64,000 nucleotides of DNA from an uncultured Candidatus Saccharibacteria bacterium (GCA_964372755.1 CAYJQX010000004.1:10766-74765); one strand, 5' to 3'. Positions 44,771-54,491 are shown, numbered from the stretch's first letter. Program-made: numbers and translations. Notes: a model not told the origin generated them from the letters alone.

Positions 44771-45661
44771 ATGCACATACCAGTTTTACCAAAAGAAACA
44801 TTAGAAGCATTAAACCCAAAAATGGGCGAGGTTATTGTTGATGCGACGGTAAATGGTGGAGGGCATGCTGAAATGATTTGCGAAAAATTAGGCCAAGAGG
44901 GAACTCTTGTTGCAATAGACGAAGACAAAGACATCCTTCGCGAGACAACTCAGCGTCTTTCTAAAATCGGCCCCAAAATTGTTTCCATTCAGGGTAATTT
45001 TAGAAAAATAGAAGATCTTGTCGGCCAAAATAAGATCAATGCCGTTTCAGGCGTTTTGTTCGATTTTGGAATGAGTTCCAACCAAATAGAAAATTCTGGC
45101 AGAGGATTTTCCTTCAACCGCGATGAACCACTGGTCATGACTTACAATCCTTCGCCCAAAGAGGAAGATCTTACGGCTTATCAGATTGTGAATAGCTGGA
45201 GTCAAGAAGATTTGGCCGAGATAATTTTTCGATATGGAGAAGAGAGGCATTCCCGAAAAATAGCAAAAGCCATAGTTTGCGCGCGGGAAGAAAAATCCAT
45301 TCTTTCAACAACTGATTTGAAAAAAATAATTGAAGAAGCTGTCCCCGCTGGATACAGGAAAGGGAAAATTCATCCAGCCACAAAGACTTTTCAAGCCTTA
45401 AGAATTGCCGTAAACGACGAATTAAATGCCATAAAAGAAGGACTGGTGGGAGCATGGTCTCTTCTTTCTCCAGAGGGAAGATTGGTGGCCATTTCTTTTC
45501 ATTCTCTCGAGGACAGAATAGTCAAGCATTTTTTAAAAGACAAGCACTTATCCGGTGAAGGCATTATTTTAACAAAAAAACCCAGTATTGCTGATCGGGA
45601 AGAAACGACAAAAAATAATCGCGCAAGAAGCGCCAAGTTAAGAGCGATAGTAAAAAAGTAA
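44771..45661 (+). CDS. rsmH: 16S rRNA (cytosine1402-N4)-methyltransferase RsmH (MraW)
   Basis: HIPVLPKETLEAL is the N-terminal motif. DATVNGGGHA and LFDFGMSSNQI are SAM-binding motifs. Confidence 0.92.
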   Translation: MHIPVLPKETLEALNPKMGEVIVDATVNGGGHAEMICEKLGQEGTLVAIDEDKDILRETTQRLSKIGPKIVSIQGNFRKIEDLVGQNKINAVSGVLFDFGMSSNQIENSGRGFSFNRDEPLVMTYNPSPKEEDLTAYQIVNSWSQEDLAEIIFRYGEERHSRKIAKAIVCAREEKSILSTTDLKKIIEEAVPAGYRKGKIHPATKTFQALRIAVNDELNAIKEGLVGAWSLLSPEGRLVAISFHSLEDRIVKHFLKDKHLSGEGIILTKKPSIADREETTKNNRARSAKLRAIVKK

Positions 45662-45662
45662 A

Positions 45663-45977
45663 ATGACTAAAATAATAAAAGCTATCACAAGAGAAGAGAG
45701 CATTCGCATAAAAATCTTTTTTATACTCTTGGTTTTTCTTTCAGTGACATTTTTGGCGTATGGATATTTTTTCGTTTCTATTTTTGTGGACGCTTCAATT
45801 TCAGAACAAGCGAGAAAAGAACTTAGTGTGCTACATTCCGAGTATCAGGAAATAGAAGGCCAATATTTGAAAGTTGTTTCCGGTCTTGACATTGAAACTG
45901 CTTACGCCATGGGGTTTATTGACGAGGGAAAGAGAGAGGTGGTAAAAACCGATATTGCTCTTTTGGTTAGGCGGTAG
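45663..45977 (+). CDS. ftsL: Cell division protein FtsL-like (small bitopic)
   Basis: The 104-aa protein has one TM and a coiled coil. It is positioned between rsmH and ftsI. Confidence 0.5.
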   Translation: MTKIIKAITREESIRIKIFFILLVFLSVTFLAYGYFFVSIFVDASISEQARKELSVLHSEYQEIEGQYLKVVSGLDIETAYAMGFIDEGKREVVKTDIALLVRR

Positions 45978-45988
45978 GGATTTTTAGT

Positions 45989-47689
45989 ATGACTGGTCGT
46001 TTTCGATTAATTTTTACGCTCATACTCGGGTTAGGTTGCCTGCTTGTGGTGAGGCTTTTTTTGTTGCAAATTGTCCATGCCAATTACTATAAAAATTTAG
46101 CGGAAAAGCAATATAACCAGACTTCTGCCAAGGATTTTTCAAGGGGCAACATATATCTTACTCAAAAGGACAGTAAAATAATTTCTGTGGCTGGCACAAA
46201 AAAGGGTTACCTTGTTTCTATAAAGCCAAAATCTATTGTCAATGAGGAAGAAACATATCAAAAACTTTCTTCTGTCATTGTTAATTTAAATAAAGATGAT
46301 TTTTTAACCAAGGCTTCAAAAAAGGATGATCCTTATGAAGAAATTGCCCACTATATTTCGGAAGAACAAGCGGAGAAAATAAAGAATTTAAAAATCCAAG
46401 GGGTCAGTTTGTTTGCCGAGTCGTGGCGATATTATCCGGCCGACCGGCTTGCTTCAAAAGTTTTGGGTTTTGTTGGATGGAAAGAAAAAGATTTAACGGG
46501 TCTCTATGGCATAGAAAAATCAAAAGAATTAATTTTAAGCCGTCTGAATTCAAAACCAGAAAACACCAATTCATTTTTTGAAATTTTCTTGGAAGCCAAA
46601 AGAAAAATTTTTTCAAACAGCGAGGAAGAGGGTGATGTTGTTTTGACTATCGAACCGCAAGTACAGCTTTCTTTGGAAAAAGAAGTGCAAGGAGTTTTAG
46701 AAAAGTATTCGGCCCAGTCGGCCGGAGGGATTGTGATCGAGCCAAAAACGGGAAAGATTCTTGCCATGACCGGCAAACCTGATTTTGATCCGAATAAATA
46801 CGGCGAGGAAAAAAACCATTCCGTTTTTTTAAACCCCCATGTCCAGAGCGTTTTTGAAATGGGTTCTATTGTGAAGCCTCTTACGATGGCTTCCGCTATT
46901 GATGCCGGAGCGGTTTTGCCGGAGACAGAATATATCGATGAGGGTTCTGTCACTGTTGACGGCCGGCTTATTTCAAATTTTGATGGAAAAGCTCGGGGGC
47001 GAGCCACCATGCAAGATGTTCTTAATAATTCACTAAATACAGGAGTAGTTTTTGTGATGAAAAAAATGGGTAAAGATGCTTTCCGCAACTATTTTAAAAG
47101 TTTTGGTTTTGGAGAAAAAACAGGAATAGACTTGCCCGATGAATTATCGGGTATAATCAAAAATCTTGACAGTCCAAGAATGGTTGAATATGCCACGGCT
47201 TCTTTCGGGCAGGGTATTGCCATGACGCCTATTCAAATGGTAACGGCTCTTTCGGCTTTGGGTAACGGGGGTTTGTTGATGCGTCCTTATGTGATAGAAA
47301 GATTGGAGTTTAAAGGAGGTTTAGATAAACAAACAAAACCGACAGAGATTAGGCGAGTTTTGAAGCCCGAAACTTCAAAGACAATTAGTGATATGCTGGT
47401 AACCGTGGTGGACAAGGCACTTTTAGGGGGAACTGTTAAACTGGAACACTATAGTATCGCGGCTAAAACAGGCACTGCCCAGATTAAAGGTCAAAATGAA
47501 GGATACTCGGAAGATCAATTCCTACATACTTTTTTTGGTTATGCTCCCGCTCGCGATCCCAAATTTTTGGTTTTTCTTTATGTTGAAAAACCGCAAGGAG
47601 TGGAATACGCTTCTCATTCACTCACTCCATTTTTTATAAACGAAATTAAATTTCTTTTGAATTACTATGATGTTCCGCCAGATCGATAG
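45989..47689 (+). CDS. ftsI: Penicillin-binding protein 3-like transpeptidase (FtsI)
   Basis: An N-terminal TM is present. SIVKP is the SxxK motif, SLNTG the SxN motif and KTGTA the KTG motif. The dcw-cluster position fits. Confidence 0.88.
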   Translation: MTGRFRLIFTLILGLGCLLVVRLFLLQIVHANYYKNLAEKQYNQTSAKDFSRGNIYLTQKDSKIISVAGTKKGYLVSIKPKSIVNEEETYQKLSSVIVNLNKDDFLTKASKKDDPYEEIAHYISEEQAEKIKNLKIQGVSLFAESWRYYPADRLASKVLGFVGWKEKDLTGLYGIEKSKELILSRLNSKPENTNSFFEIFLEAKRKIFSNSEEEGDVVLTIEPQVQLSLEKEVQGVLEKYSAQSAGGIVIEPKTGKILAMTGKPDFDPNKYGEEKNHSVFLNPHVQSVFEMGSIVKPLTMASAIDAGAVLPETEYIDEGSVTVDGRLISNFDGKARGRATMQDVLNNSLNTGVVFVMKKMGKDAFRNYFKSFGFGEKTGIDLPDELSGIIKNLDSPRMVEYATASFGQGIAMTPIQMVTALSALGNGGLLMRPYVIERLEFKGGLDKQTKPTEIRRVLKPETSKTISDMLVTVVDKALLGGTVKLEHYSIAAKTGTAQIKGQNEGYSEDQFLHTFFGYAPARDPKFLVFLYVEKPQGVEYASHSLTPFFINEIKFLLNYYDVPPDR

Positions 47690-47800
47690 TTCGACACCAA
47701 TACGCGAATGGACACGAATGACGCTAATGTAATACCAAGTCTTAACTTATTTCTTTATTAGTGACATTCGCGCGTATTATTTGTGTATTAGTGTCGGGTA
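47690..47800. repeat. About 110-nt hairpin/TIR intergenic repeat (family shared with 61968-62076 and 42296-42412)
   Basis: cgacaccaatacgcgaatggacacgaatgacgctaatgtaataccaagtcttaa...cattcgcgcgtattatttgtgtattagtgtcg. The termini cgacac(c/t)aatac and gtattagtgtcg are reverse complements. Confidence 0.7.
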
Positions 47801-47803
47801 AAT

Positions 47804-49111
47804 ATGATTAAATCAATTTTAAAAAAAATAATTTCTACAGTCCTCACTTTAGAGGCCCGTTTGGTTTTAAAAAAATACAAGCCGAAAATTATCGGTATAA
47901 CGGGAACGGTGGGAAAAACCTCTGTTAAAGACGCTATTGCCCATGTTTTGGCACTGAAATACCGAGTTGGCAAAAGCGAGAAAAGTTATAACAGCGAAAT
48001 AGGCGTGCCGCTTGCCATATTAGGGGAACAATCGGCATGGGGGAATGTCTTAGGTTGGGCGAATATTTTTTTGAAAGGCTTATCTCTTTTGATAAAAAAG
48101 AATAAATATCCGGAATACCTTGTTCTTGAAATGGGAATAGACAGGCCTGGCGACATGGATTCTCTTGTCCGTTGGGTAAAACCGCATATCGCAGTGGTAA
48201 CCGCCATTGGCGAAGTGCCCGTCCATGTTGAATTTTTTGAAAATGCCGAAGCGGTAGCTACGGAAAAGTCTAAAATAATAGAAGGACTTCCGAAAGAAGG
48301 TTTGGCCATTTTAAACGCCAATGATCAAGAAGTTTTATCCATGCGCAGAAAAACCTACGCCAGAGTGATGACCTACGGCTTAAGAGGAGAAACCACCGGA
48401 GCAAAAGGAGCGGATGTGGAAGCTTCTAATTACTCGTTAATGGAAGAAAAAGGCCGGCCGGCCGGTATTTCTTTCAAGGTTGAATATAACGGCAATATTG
48501 TCCCACTGAAAATAGATGGCATGTTTGGTTTACAAGCGGTTTTAAGTGTTTTGCCAGCTATTGCTGTTGGATTAGAGGAGGAAATTAACTTAGTCAGCAT
48601 AGTTCAAGCTTTAAGCGAGGTAAAACAACCGCCAGGCAGGCTTTTTCTTCTTGATGGAAAAGACGAAACTCTGATTATAGATAGTACGTATAATTCCTCG
48701 CCCCTTGCTCTTCAATCAGCTCTAGATGTTCTCTCTGAAATGAAAGCAAAAAGAAAATTGGCTGTTTTGGGGGATATGTTAGAACTAGGAAAATATACGG
48801 CCGAAGAGCACAGAAAAATAGGGATATATGCCAAGGGTAAAGCAGATATTTTGATCACTGTCGGTTTGAGAGCTAAGCTTACGGCTGATGAAGCCAAGAG
48901 GGTGAGACTAGGAGTAAAAAATATCCATAGTTTTAAAAATACAGAGGAAGCCATAATAAATCTGCCAAAAATTATCAAAAAAGGAGATTTGATTTTAGTG
49001 AAAGGTTCTCAGGGTATGAGAATGGAAAAAATTGTTGAAAGTTTGATGGCAAATCCAGAGAAGGCAAAGGAGTTGCTTTGCAGACAGGAAAAGGAGTGGA
49101 AGGGAAGATAA
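47804..49111 (+). CDS. murF: Mur ligase, most likely MurF (UDP-MurNAc-tripeptide--D-Ala-D-Ala ligase)
   Basis: IGITGTVGKTSVKD is the P-loop. IDSTYNSSPLAL corresponds to the MurF DDSYNANP motif. The dcw position fits. No separate murE is present here. Confidence 0.7.
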   Translation: MIKSILKKIISTVLTLEARLVLKKYKPKIIGITGTVGKTSVKDAIAHVLALKYRVGKSEKSYNSEIGVPLAILGEQSAWGNVLGWANIFLKGLSLLIKKNKYPEYLVLEMGIDRPGDMDSLVRWVKPHIAVVTAIGEVPVHVEFFENAEAVATEKSKIIEGLPKEGLAILNANDQEVLSMRRKTYARVMTYGLRGETTGAKGADVEASNYSLMEEKGRPAGISFKVEYNGNIVPLKIDGMFGLQAVLSVLPAIAVGLEEEINLVSIVQALSEVKQPPGRLFLLDGKDETLIIDSTYNSSPLALQSALDVLSEMKAKRKLAVLGDMLELGKYTAEEHRKIGIYAKGKADILITVGLRAKLTADEAKRVRLGVKNIHSFKNTEEAIINLPKIIKKGDLILVKGSQGMRMEKIVESLMANPEKAKELLCRQEKEWKGR

Positions 49112-49186
49112 ATGGATAAAAAACTAAAAATTTGCTATAGTGAAAACTGACCTGATTTTCGCATATTATTAAAAAATAAAGAAAAT

Positions 49187-51181
49187 ATGTATAAAAAATT
49201 GATTGTTGCTGGTTTTTTGATAGCGGGATTCGCCTTTTTTTCTACTGCAAATGCGCAGGCTCTTACAACGGCGCAAATCGATGCGATAATTAGCCTTCTG
49301 CGTTCTTTTGGGGCTGAAGAAAACGTGATTGCCAATGTTGAAAATAATCTTTATGGCCGTTCCTCGGGTTCGGGCGGTTCTGACTATCCAAATTATTGTC
49401 CGCAACTGAATTACAACTTGTATCTTGATTTAGTGGATGAAGGAACGGAAGGAGAAGTATCAAAACTTCAAAAATTTCTTGCCCAATACAGTAATATTTA
49501 CCCAGAAGGAAATATTACTGGCTTCTTTGGCCCATCTACAGAACGAGCTGTGCAGAGATGGCAAGCGCAAAACGGAGTAGTGTCTTCTGGTTCTCCGGAG
49601 ACTACCGGATATGGCGTGGTTGGACCTAAGACAAGAGAAGCGATTAATAAATTGTGCGGAAAAGTTACAAATCCCAATCCTATACCTGTTACAGAAAGTC
49701 CTTATATAACCTCTACCGGGGCTAAAGCCGCTGGTAATTTTGAGATGGATGCAGGGGGTGAGCTTTGGATTTATGGAACAAATTTAGTGGGAAAAAATTC
49801 TGTTTTGCCTAAAGTATTTATTGGAAACACTGAGTCCGTTGTGAAATCTGCAAGCAAAGAATCTTTAACCGTAAGCGTGCCTGTTTCATTAACCTCTGGT
49901 TTGACCTACAATGTTTATATTTCAAATGAAAACGGGGTAAGTAATACGGTGTATGTGAAAGTTTTAGGCAAATCAGGTTCTCCACCCCCAGTTACTTCGG
50001 CGTATCCGTCAATTACAGTGATTTATCCTAACGGAGGAGAAATTCTTACGTTCACGAAGGATAAAGATCTGGGTCTGGATTTTATGGCAAAATGGAAATA
50101 TGTAGATCTTGTGGGTAATGTGACAGCTTATCTGAAATTTACGGATGGTTTGACATGTAAAATAAAAACAGTGCCTGTTTCCGAAAACTATATGACTGCT
50201 AGTTTGGGAGAAAATTACAAATGCCCGAATGCAAACAGGAATGTGACCCCGGGTCAATACAAAGTTCTTTTAGAGCCAGATAACGGGGATTCCTCAAAGC
50301 CAAACAAGTATAGTGATGAAAGCGATAATTATTTTGTTGTTAATCATCCTACGCAACAGCAAACACAGGCAACCTTCCGTGTGTCTTCCGACCCAAGAAT
50401 GGTTTTTAGTGATACCGCTTATGCCGGACAGGAGAAGGTGATGCTTGGACGTTACAATCTAACTGCGGAGAGTAAAGACATAAAAATTACTTCCTTTAAA
50501 GCTCTAAGTTCAGCCTCGGTTTTAAAGATGTTCAAAAATATCATTCTTTTTAACTCGGAAGGTAATGTTGTTATAGGTCATGGAAATATTACGAATGTCA
50601 ACGCCACAGGAACACCGTCGCAATCACAGGTAGATTTTAATATTTCTTTTATCGTGCCTGCGGGGACCACAAAAAATGTGTTTTTCTTGGGCGATTTAAG
50701 TGAAAATGCTCCTTCGGAGACATTAAATTTCAATTTCTTTAATCTGGGACTTTCGGATAAGAACGCAAAGATTGAATACTCAAATGCGCGTTCTCTTACT
50801 CTCAAAGTTGAACCCAAAACATGTCTGACTGATAGCGCTCAATTTGTAAGCCAGGACAGTATTCCTACGAGTATTACTGCCGGCAAAGAATTTACGGTGA
50901 CATTAAAAATGAAAAATACCGGATGTTCAACGTGGGTAAAAGACAACAACAACCCATTTTCTCTGGGAGTACGCCCTGTTGATAATTATACTTGGAGACT
51001 TGGAAGAATAAGCGCTATGGAAAAAGAGGTAAAACCGGGTGAAATTGGCACTTTCACCGCCACCCTTGCCGCCCCTAAAATCGCGGGTACATATCAGTTT
51101 CAATGGCAAATGGTAAAAGAATATTTCCGCTGGTTTGGCGAGCTCACAAAATCTGTGATGGTTACGGTGACGAATCCTTAA
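49187..51181 (+). CDS. Secreted or anchored large protein with an N-terminal peptidoglycan-binding (PG_binding_1-like) domain and beta-rich repeats
   Basis: A signal/TM is present at MYKKLIVAGFLIAGFAFFSTANA. LQKFLAQYSNIYPEGNITGFFGPSTERAVQRWQAQNGV matches the PG-binding consensus (LQ..L...DG.FG..T..AV..FQ...GL). The rest is Ser/Thr/Asn-rich and predicted beta. Confidence 0.65.
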   Translation: MYKKLIVAGFLIAGFAFFSTANAQALTTAQIDAIISLLRSFGAEENVIANVENNLYGRSSGSGGSDYPNYCPQLNYNLYLDLVDEGTEGEVSKLQKFLAQYSNIYPEGNITGFFGPSTERAVQRWQAQNGVVSSGSPETTGYGVVGPKTREAINKLCGKVTNPNPIPVTESPYITSTGAKAAGNFEMDAGGELWIYGTNLVGKNSVLPKVFIGNTESVVKSASKESLTVSVPVSLTSGLTYNVYISNENGVSNTVYVKVLGKSGSPPPVTSAYPSITVIYPNGGEILTFTKDKDLGLDFMAKWKYVDLVGNVTAYLKFTDGLTCKIKTVPVSENYMTASLGENYKCPNANRNVTPGQYKVLLEPDNGDSSKPNKYSDESDNYFVVNHPTQQQTQATFRVSSDPRMVFSDTAYAGQEKVMLGRYNLTAESKDIKITSFKALSSASVLKMFKNIILFNSEGNVVIGHGNITNVNATGTPSQSQVDFNISFIVPAGTTKNVFFLGDLSENAPSETLNFNFFNLGLSDKNAKIEYSNARSLTLKVEPKTCLTDSAQFVSQDSIPTSITAGKEFTVTLKMKNTGCSTWVKDNNNPFSLGVRPVDNYTWRLGRISAMEKEVKPGEIGTFTATLAAPKIAGTYQFQWQMVKEYFRWFGELTKSVMVTVTNP

Positions 51182-51282
51182 TTAAGGATTTACTTTCGCG
51201 ACCCGCCTCGCCATTTTTGCCTTGCCTTAATGTTCTTCAAAATCTGCTAATTTTGAAGCGATTTTTACGCTTAAAAATCGGG

Positions 51283-51348
51283 TATTCGATTCCCCGACGT
51301 CTCGCAAGCAGTTGCGAGACTTGTGTTCAAATACTCGCAGACTCGTTT
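51283..51348 (-). repeat. Conserved tRNA 3' trailer module at the tRNA-Glu locus (hairpin gtctcgcaag-cag-ttgcgagac plus an inverted partial T-arm copy)
   Basis: In tRNA orientation, about 30 nt after the 3' end comes the hairpin gtctcgcaactgcttgcgagac. Next is gtcggggaatcgaataccc, an imperfect reverse complement of the tRNA T-arm. It aligns with the tRNA-Leu trailer (8670-8734). Confidence 0.5.
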
Positions 51349-51420
51349 TGACCCCACGGGGAATCGAACCCCGATTACCGCCTTGAGAAGGCGATGTCCT
51401 AACCGTTAGACGATAGGGCC
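51349..51420 (-). tRNA. tRNA-Glu (anticodon CTC)
   Basis: The reverse complement ggccctatcgtctaacggttaggacatcgccttctcaaggcggtaatcggggttcgattccccgtggggtca closely resembles E. coli tRNA-Glu. The anticodon loop is ttCTCaa and the T-arm is cgggg-ttcgatt-ccccg. Confidence 0.8.
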
Positions 51421-51476
51421 AATATTTTGTTTTTAAAATACTTTTTTCCAAAATCGTTCTTGAAATATTTTTCACG

Positions 51477-51525
51477 ACCGTTACCCGCCCGCGCGTACTC
51501 GGAAGCAGGCGGGGACGATAGGGCC
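51477..51525 (-). other. Pseudo-tRNA-Glu 5' leader: a copy of tRNA-Glu nt 1-12 plus a GC-rich hairpin plus the D-loop continuation
   Basis: On the minus strand, ggccctatcgtc is identical to the tRNA 5' end. The hairpin cccgcctgc...gcgggcggg follows. Then taacggt matches the tRNA D-loop. It lies 56 nt upstream of the tRNA. Confidence 0.4.
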
Positions 51526-51852
51526 AATGATTCATTAATCTGCTCAAAATGAGCATAGCAAAATAAACCCCTCCGCTCAATAATTAAGAGCCTCCCATAA
51601 AACAAAATAACTCCGCGTTCCTTATGTTTTAAAAAGGAAAACTAGGGGTTTGACTTATTCTCTGCTATTGCAGATAATCTAGGGTAGAGATGGATTTTAT
51701 AGGTTTACTGGTGGCGGTTGTTAGGAGGAAATACCCCCGTTTCCTTTTGTTCCTTATTTTATCATCAGTTGTATATTGTTTGCTTTTGGCGACGCCAGCT
51801 GATGACCTGCCGATTTAATAAGGAGTCTTTTTGAACTTCCGCCACCTTTTCT

Positions 51853-51890
51853 AAAAAAATCGACAGTTTATCTCACTGTCGATTTTTATT
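51853..51890. terminator. Putative bidirectional terminator
   Basis: aaaaaaat precedes the stem cgacagt/actgtcg (loop ttatctc), and atttttatt follows. Confidence 0.45.
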
Positions 51891-51928
51891 CCATAAACCT
51901 TATCTCCAAATACAAAAAGAGGTGAAAA

Positions 51929-52120
51929 ATGATACCCGTTAATGTATTGGATAAATACAAGAATCGGAAAGTAATCTCTGCCTGTATTGAAGATCATGTG
52001 GAAATAAAAAAAGAGGATGGGTCTATCGCAAAGACTCCTCTGATCCTTTTGTTTTTGGAAGACGGCACTTCAGAAACTATTCTAGGTTCTGAAGTGCGAT
52101 GGCAAAGGCTATACAGATGA
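51929..52120 (+). CDS. Hypothetical small protein (63 aa)
   Basis: A strong SD aagaggtga lies 6 nt upstream. An ORF plus a terminator follows. Confidence 0.45.
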   Translation: MIPVNVLDKYKNRKVISACIEDHVEIKKEDGSIAKTPLILLFLEDGTSETILGSEVRWQRLYR

Positions 52121-52127
52121 AAAATTT

Positions 52128-52165
52128 TTAAACCGCCCCTAGATTTTTTGGGCGGTTTTTTTCTT
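52128..52165 (+). terminator. Rho-independent terminator
   Basis: The stem accgccc/gggcggt is followed by ttttttt. Confidence 0.5.
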
Positions 52166-52194
52166 TTCCGGTTTTTTTAAGGTAGAATGAATAC

Positions 52195-53232
52195 ATGATT
52201 ACGCCTATTCTGCTTACATTGGTAATAATCTTCCTCGCCTTTATTGCCTGGTTTTTGATTAACGATAGGCGAAAAAGGGAAGATGTTGCGCCAGACCAGT
52301 CTCTCTTAATGCTTCAAGAGCAGTTAAGGGAAATGCGTTCCACGCTGGATAATAAGGTAGGGGAATCTAATCGCGCTTTTCAGGAACATTCTCATAGAAG
52401 CATCGAACTTATCCGCTCTATTACGGAGGAACTCACCAAAGTAGGGGAAGGCCAAAAACAAGTTTTGGGTTTTACCGATCAGTTAAAAAATTTGCAGGAT
52501 ATCTTAAAAAATCCGAAGCAGCGAGGGATTCTTGGCGAATATTATTTGGAAACTTTGCTCAAAAACGTTTTACCTCCCGGATCATATCAAATGCAGTATC
52601 CATTTTCAGATGGCACCATCGTGGATGCCGTGGTTTTCGTAAAAGATAAAATTATCCCGATCGACTCAAAGTTTTCGCTTGAAAATTATAATCGTTTAGT
52701 GGGCGAGCGCGATGAAGCAGAGAGAGAAAAGCTGGAGAAATTATTTAAAGCAGATTTGAAAAACCGCATTGACGAAACATCAAAATACGTAAAGCCGTCT
52801 GAAGGCACGATGGATTTTGCCATGATGTTTATTCCTCACGAAGCCATTTATTATGATTTGCTTGTGGCGGAAGTGGGCGGGATGAAAATAAACACTCGAG
52901 ATCTAATAGAGTATGCCTTTAAAGACAGGCATGTGATTATTGTCTCGCCAACCTCTTTTTTGGCTTATCTCCAGACGGTCTTACAAGGCTTGCGGGGCAT
53001 GCAAATAGAAGAATCAGCCAAAGAGATAAGAAAGAACGTGGAAGCCCTTGGTAAGCATCTTACGGCCTATGACGAGTATTTTAAGAAGCTAGGAGGGCAT
53101 TTAGGCACGGCGATCAATACCTATAATCTAGCCTCAAAAGAGCTTGGGAAGGTAGATAAAGACGTGATGCGGATTACTGGGGCTACCCTAGGTATTGAGC
53201 CGGAATTGTTGGATAGGCCAAATGACGAATAA
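52195..53232 (+). CDS. rmuC: DNA recombination protein RmuC
   Basis: An N-terminal TM and a long coiled coil are present. The RmuC C-terminal nuclease-like region is FAMMFIPHEAIYYDLL. Confidence 0.85.
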   Translation: MITPILLTLVIIFLAFIAWFLINDRRKREDVAPDQSLLMLQEQLREMRSTLDNKVGESNRAFQEHSHRSIELIRSITEELTKVGEGQKQVLGFTDQLKNLQDILKNPKQRGILGEYYLETLLKNVLPPGSYQMQYPFSDGTIVDAVVFVKDKIIPIDSKFSLENYNRLVGERDEAEREKLEKLFKADLKNRIDETSKYVKPSEGTMDFAMMFIPHEAIYYDLLVAEVGGMKINTRDLIEYAFKDRHVIIVSPTSFLAYLQTVLQGLRGMQIEESAKEIRKNVEALGKHLTAYDEYFKKLGGHLGTAINTYNLASKELGKVDKDVMRITGATLGIEPELLDRPNDE

Positions 53233-53403
53233 ATATATTAGATGTTGAACGCCTAATGTCCGTATTTTTCAAAAAAACTTGATTTTTACAGATTAATATG
53301 AGAATATGAGCAGGTTATGGCAAAAGACACTAAAGTAATTAAGAAAGTCCCACTTCGCTCTAAAAGCTCCGCGGGACAGGTCTCAAAAAAAGAGGTTTCT
53401 GAC

Positions 53404-53709
53404 ATGTTAGCCGTTATCAAAACTGGCGGTAAGCAATATATCGTTACTCCCGGAATGAAGCTTGAAGTAGAAAGACTAAAGAGGCCTTTGGGAGAAGAAT
53501 TTTCTTTTGACGAGGTTTTGCTTGTGGCAAAAGGCGATGATGTAAAAGTGGGAAGTCCTCTTGTGGAAGGCGCTAAGGTAATGGCCGTTTCAAATGGAGA
53601 AAAAAGATCTAAGAAAGTTAATATTGTAAAATTTAAGTCTAAAGTGCGCTATCACAAGACCCAAGGACATCGTCAAATAAAGACCGTTGTGGCGATAAAG
53701 GCGATTTAG
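53404..53709 (+). CDS. rplU: 50S ribosomal protein L21
   Basis: MLAVIKTGGKQYIVTPGMKLEVERL is the canonical L21 N-terminus. AAGAGG lies 8 nt upstream of ATG 53404. The ORF-track start at 53317 would add an atypical 29-aa extension. Confidence 0.82.
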   Translation: MLAVIKTGGKQYIVTPGMKLEVERLKRPLGEEFSFDEVLLVAKGDDVKVGSPLVEGAKVMAVSNGEKRSKKVNIVKFKSKVRYHKTQGHRQIKTVVAIKAI

Positions 53710-53714
53710 GATAA

Positions 53715-53870
53715 AAAATAAATCAAAATTCGAATATCAAAATCCGAAACAAAGATTAATTTTTTCCTCGACAAAGCCTCGGAGTGAATAAAATTTAGAA
53801 ATAATTAGGATTTATTTGTTTCGTTCGTCAACTGGCGAATTCGTGTTTCGGATTTAGCTTAATTTTATCT
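53715..53870. repeat. About 150-nt TIR-bearing intergenic repeat (copy 2 of 3). It fills the convergent rplU|recR gap.
   Basis: Near-identical to 44590-44745 (aaatccgaaacaaagattaattttttcctcgacaaagcctcggagtgaataaaatttagaaataattaggatttatttgtttcgttcgtcaactggcgaattcgtgtttcggatttagcttaatt). Confidence 0.7.
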
Positions 53871-54491
53871 TCTTCCTTCCATCGCGGCGGCAATTGTATC
53901 GCGGTCGCTGTATTCTAATTCAGACCCTGTAGAAAGCCCTCGCCCTAAACGGGTGATTTTTATTTTCGGAAATTTAGAAATAATAATCGGGGCAATAGTT
54001 TGATCCTCAATGACGCGGGCTGTTAATTCTCCTTCAAGCGTGGCGCTGGTGGCCAGGATGATTTCTTCCAAGTCTTTACCGGATTTTTGAATTCGATTAG
54101 CCAATTCTTTCAGGCGAATAGATTCTCTGGATTTTCGCGAACTTAAGCTGGTTGGCATAGCTCCACCCAAGACAAAATATAACCCTTTGTAAGCTCCGGA
54201 AGCTTCTATGACTTCTAGATCGGCGTCTTTTTCCAAAATCATGAGAGTATTTTTTTCTCGGTCTGGGTTTGCGCAAATTGGGCATAGATAAGCTTCGTTG
54301 TCTTTCTTGCCGAATATTTTGAAACACATCCGACAGCGTCCCACTTCGCTTTTTATTTTTGTAATCAGCGAGGAAAGTTCGTTTATATATTCGTTGTCCG
54401 CGGAGAAAATAAAATTAGCAAAGCGTTTGGCTTGTCTAGGGCCGATGCCGGGGAATTTTAAAAATAGTTCCGTAAGACGGTCTAAAATCAT
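53865..54491 (-). CDS. recR: Recombination protein RecR
   Basis: The HhH region is LKFPGIGPRQAKRFA. The C4 zinc finger is CRMC...CPICAN. A Toprim domain is present. Confidence 0.92.
   Translation of the reverse strand: MILDRLTELFLKFPGIGPRQAKRFANFIFSADNEYINELSSLITKIKSEVGRCRMCFKIFGKKDNEAYLCPICANPDREKNTLMILEKDADLEVIEASGAYKGLYFVLGGAMPTSLSSRKSRESIRLKELANRIQKSGKDLEEIILATSATLEGELTARVIEDQTIAPIIISKFPKIKITRLGRGLSTGSELEYSDRDTIAAAMEGRR

Noticed and set aside
51103-51605. Track ORFs 51103-51351, 51227-51580 and 51399-51605
   Set aside because: They lie across tRNA-Glu and its trailer and leader modules. They are noncoding.
53317-53403. N-terminal 29-aa extension of L21 implied by the track start
   Set aside because: The canonical L21 N-terminus (MLAVIKTGGKQY) begins at ATG 53404 with a good SD. 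The extension is low-complexity and atypical for L21.
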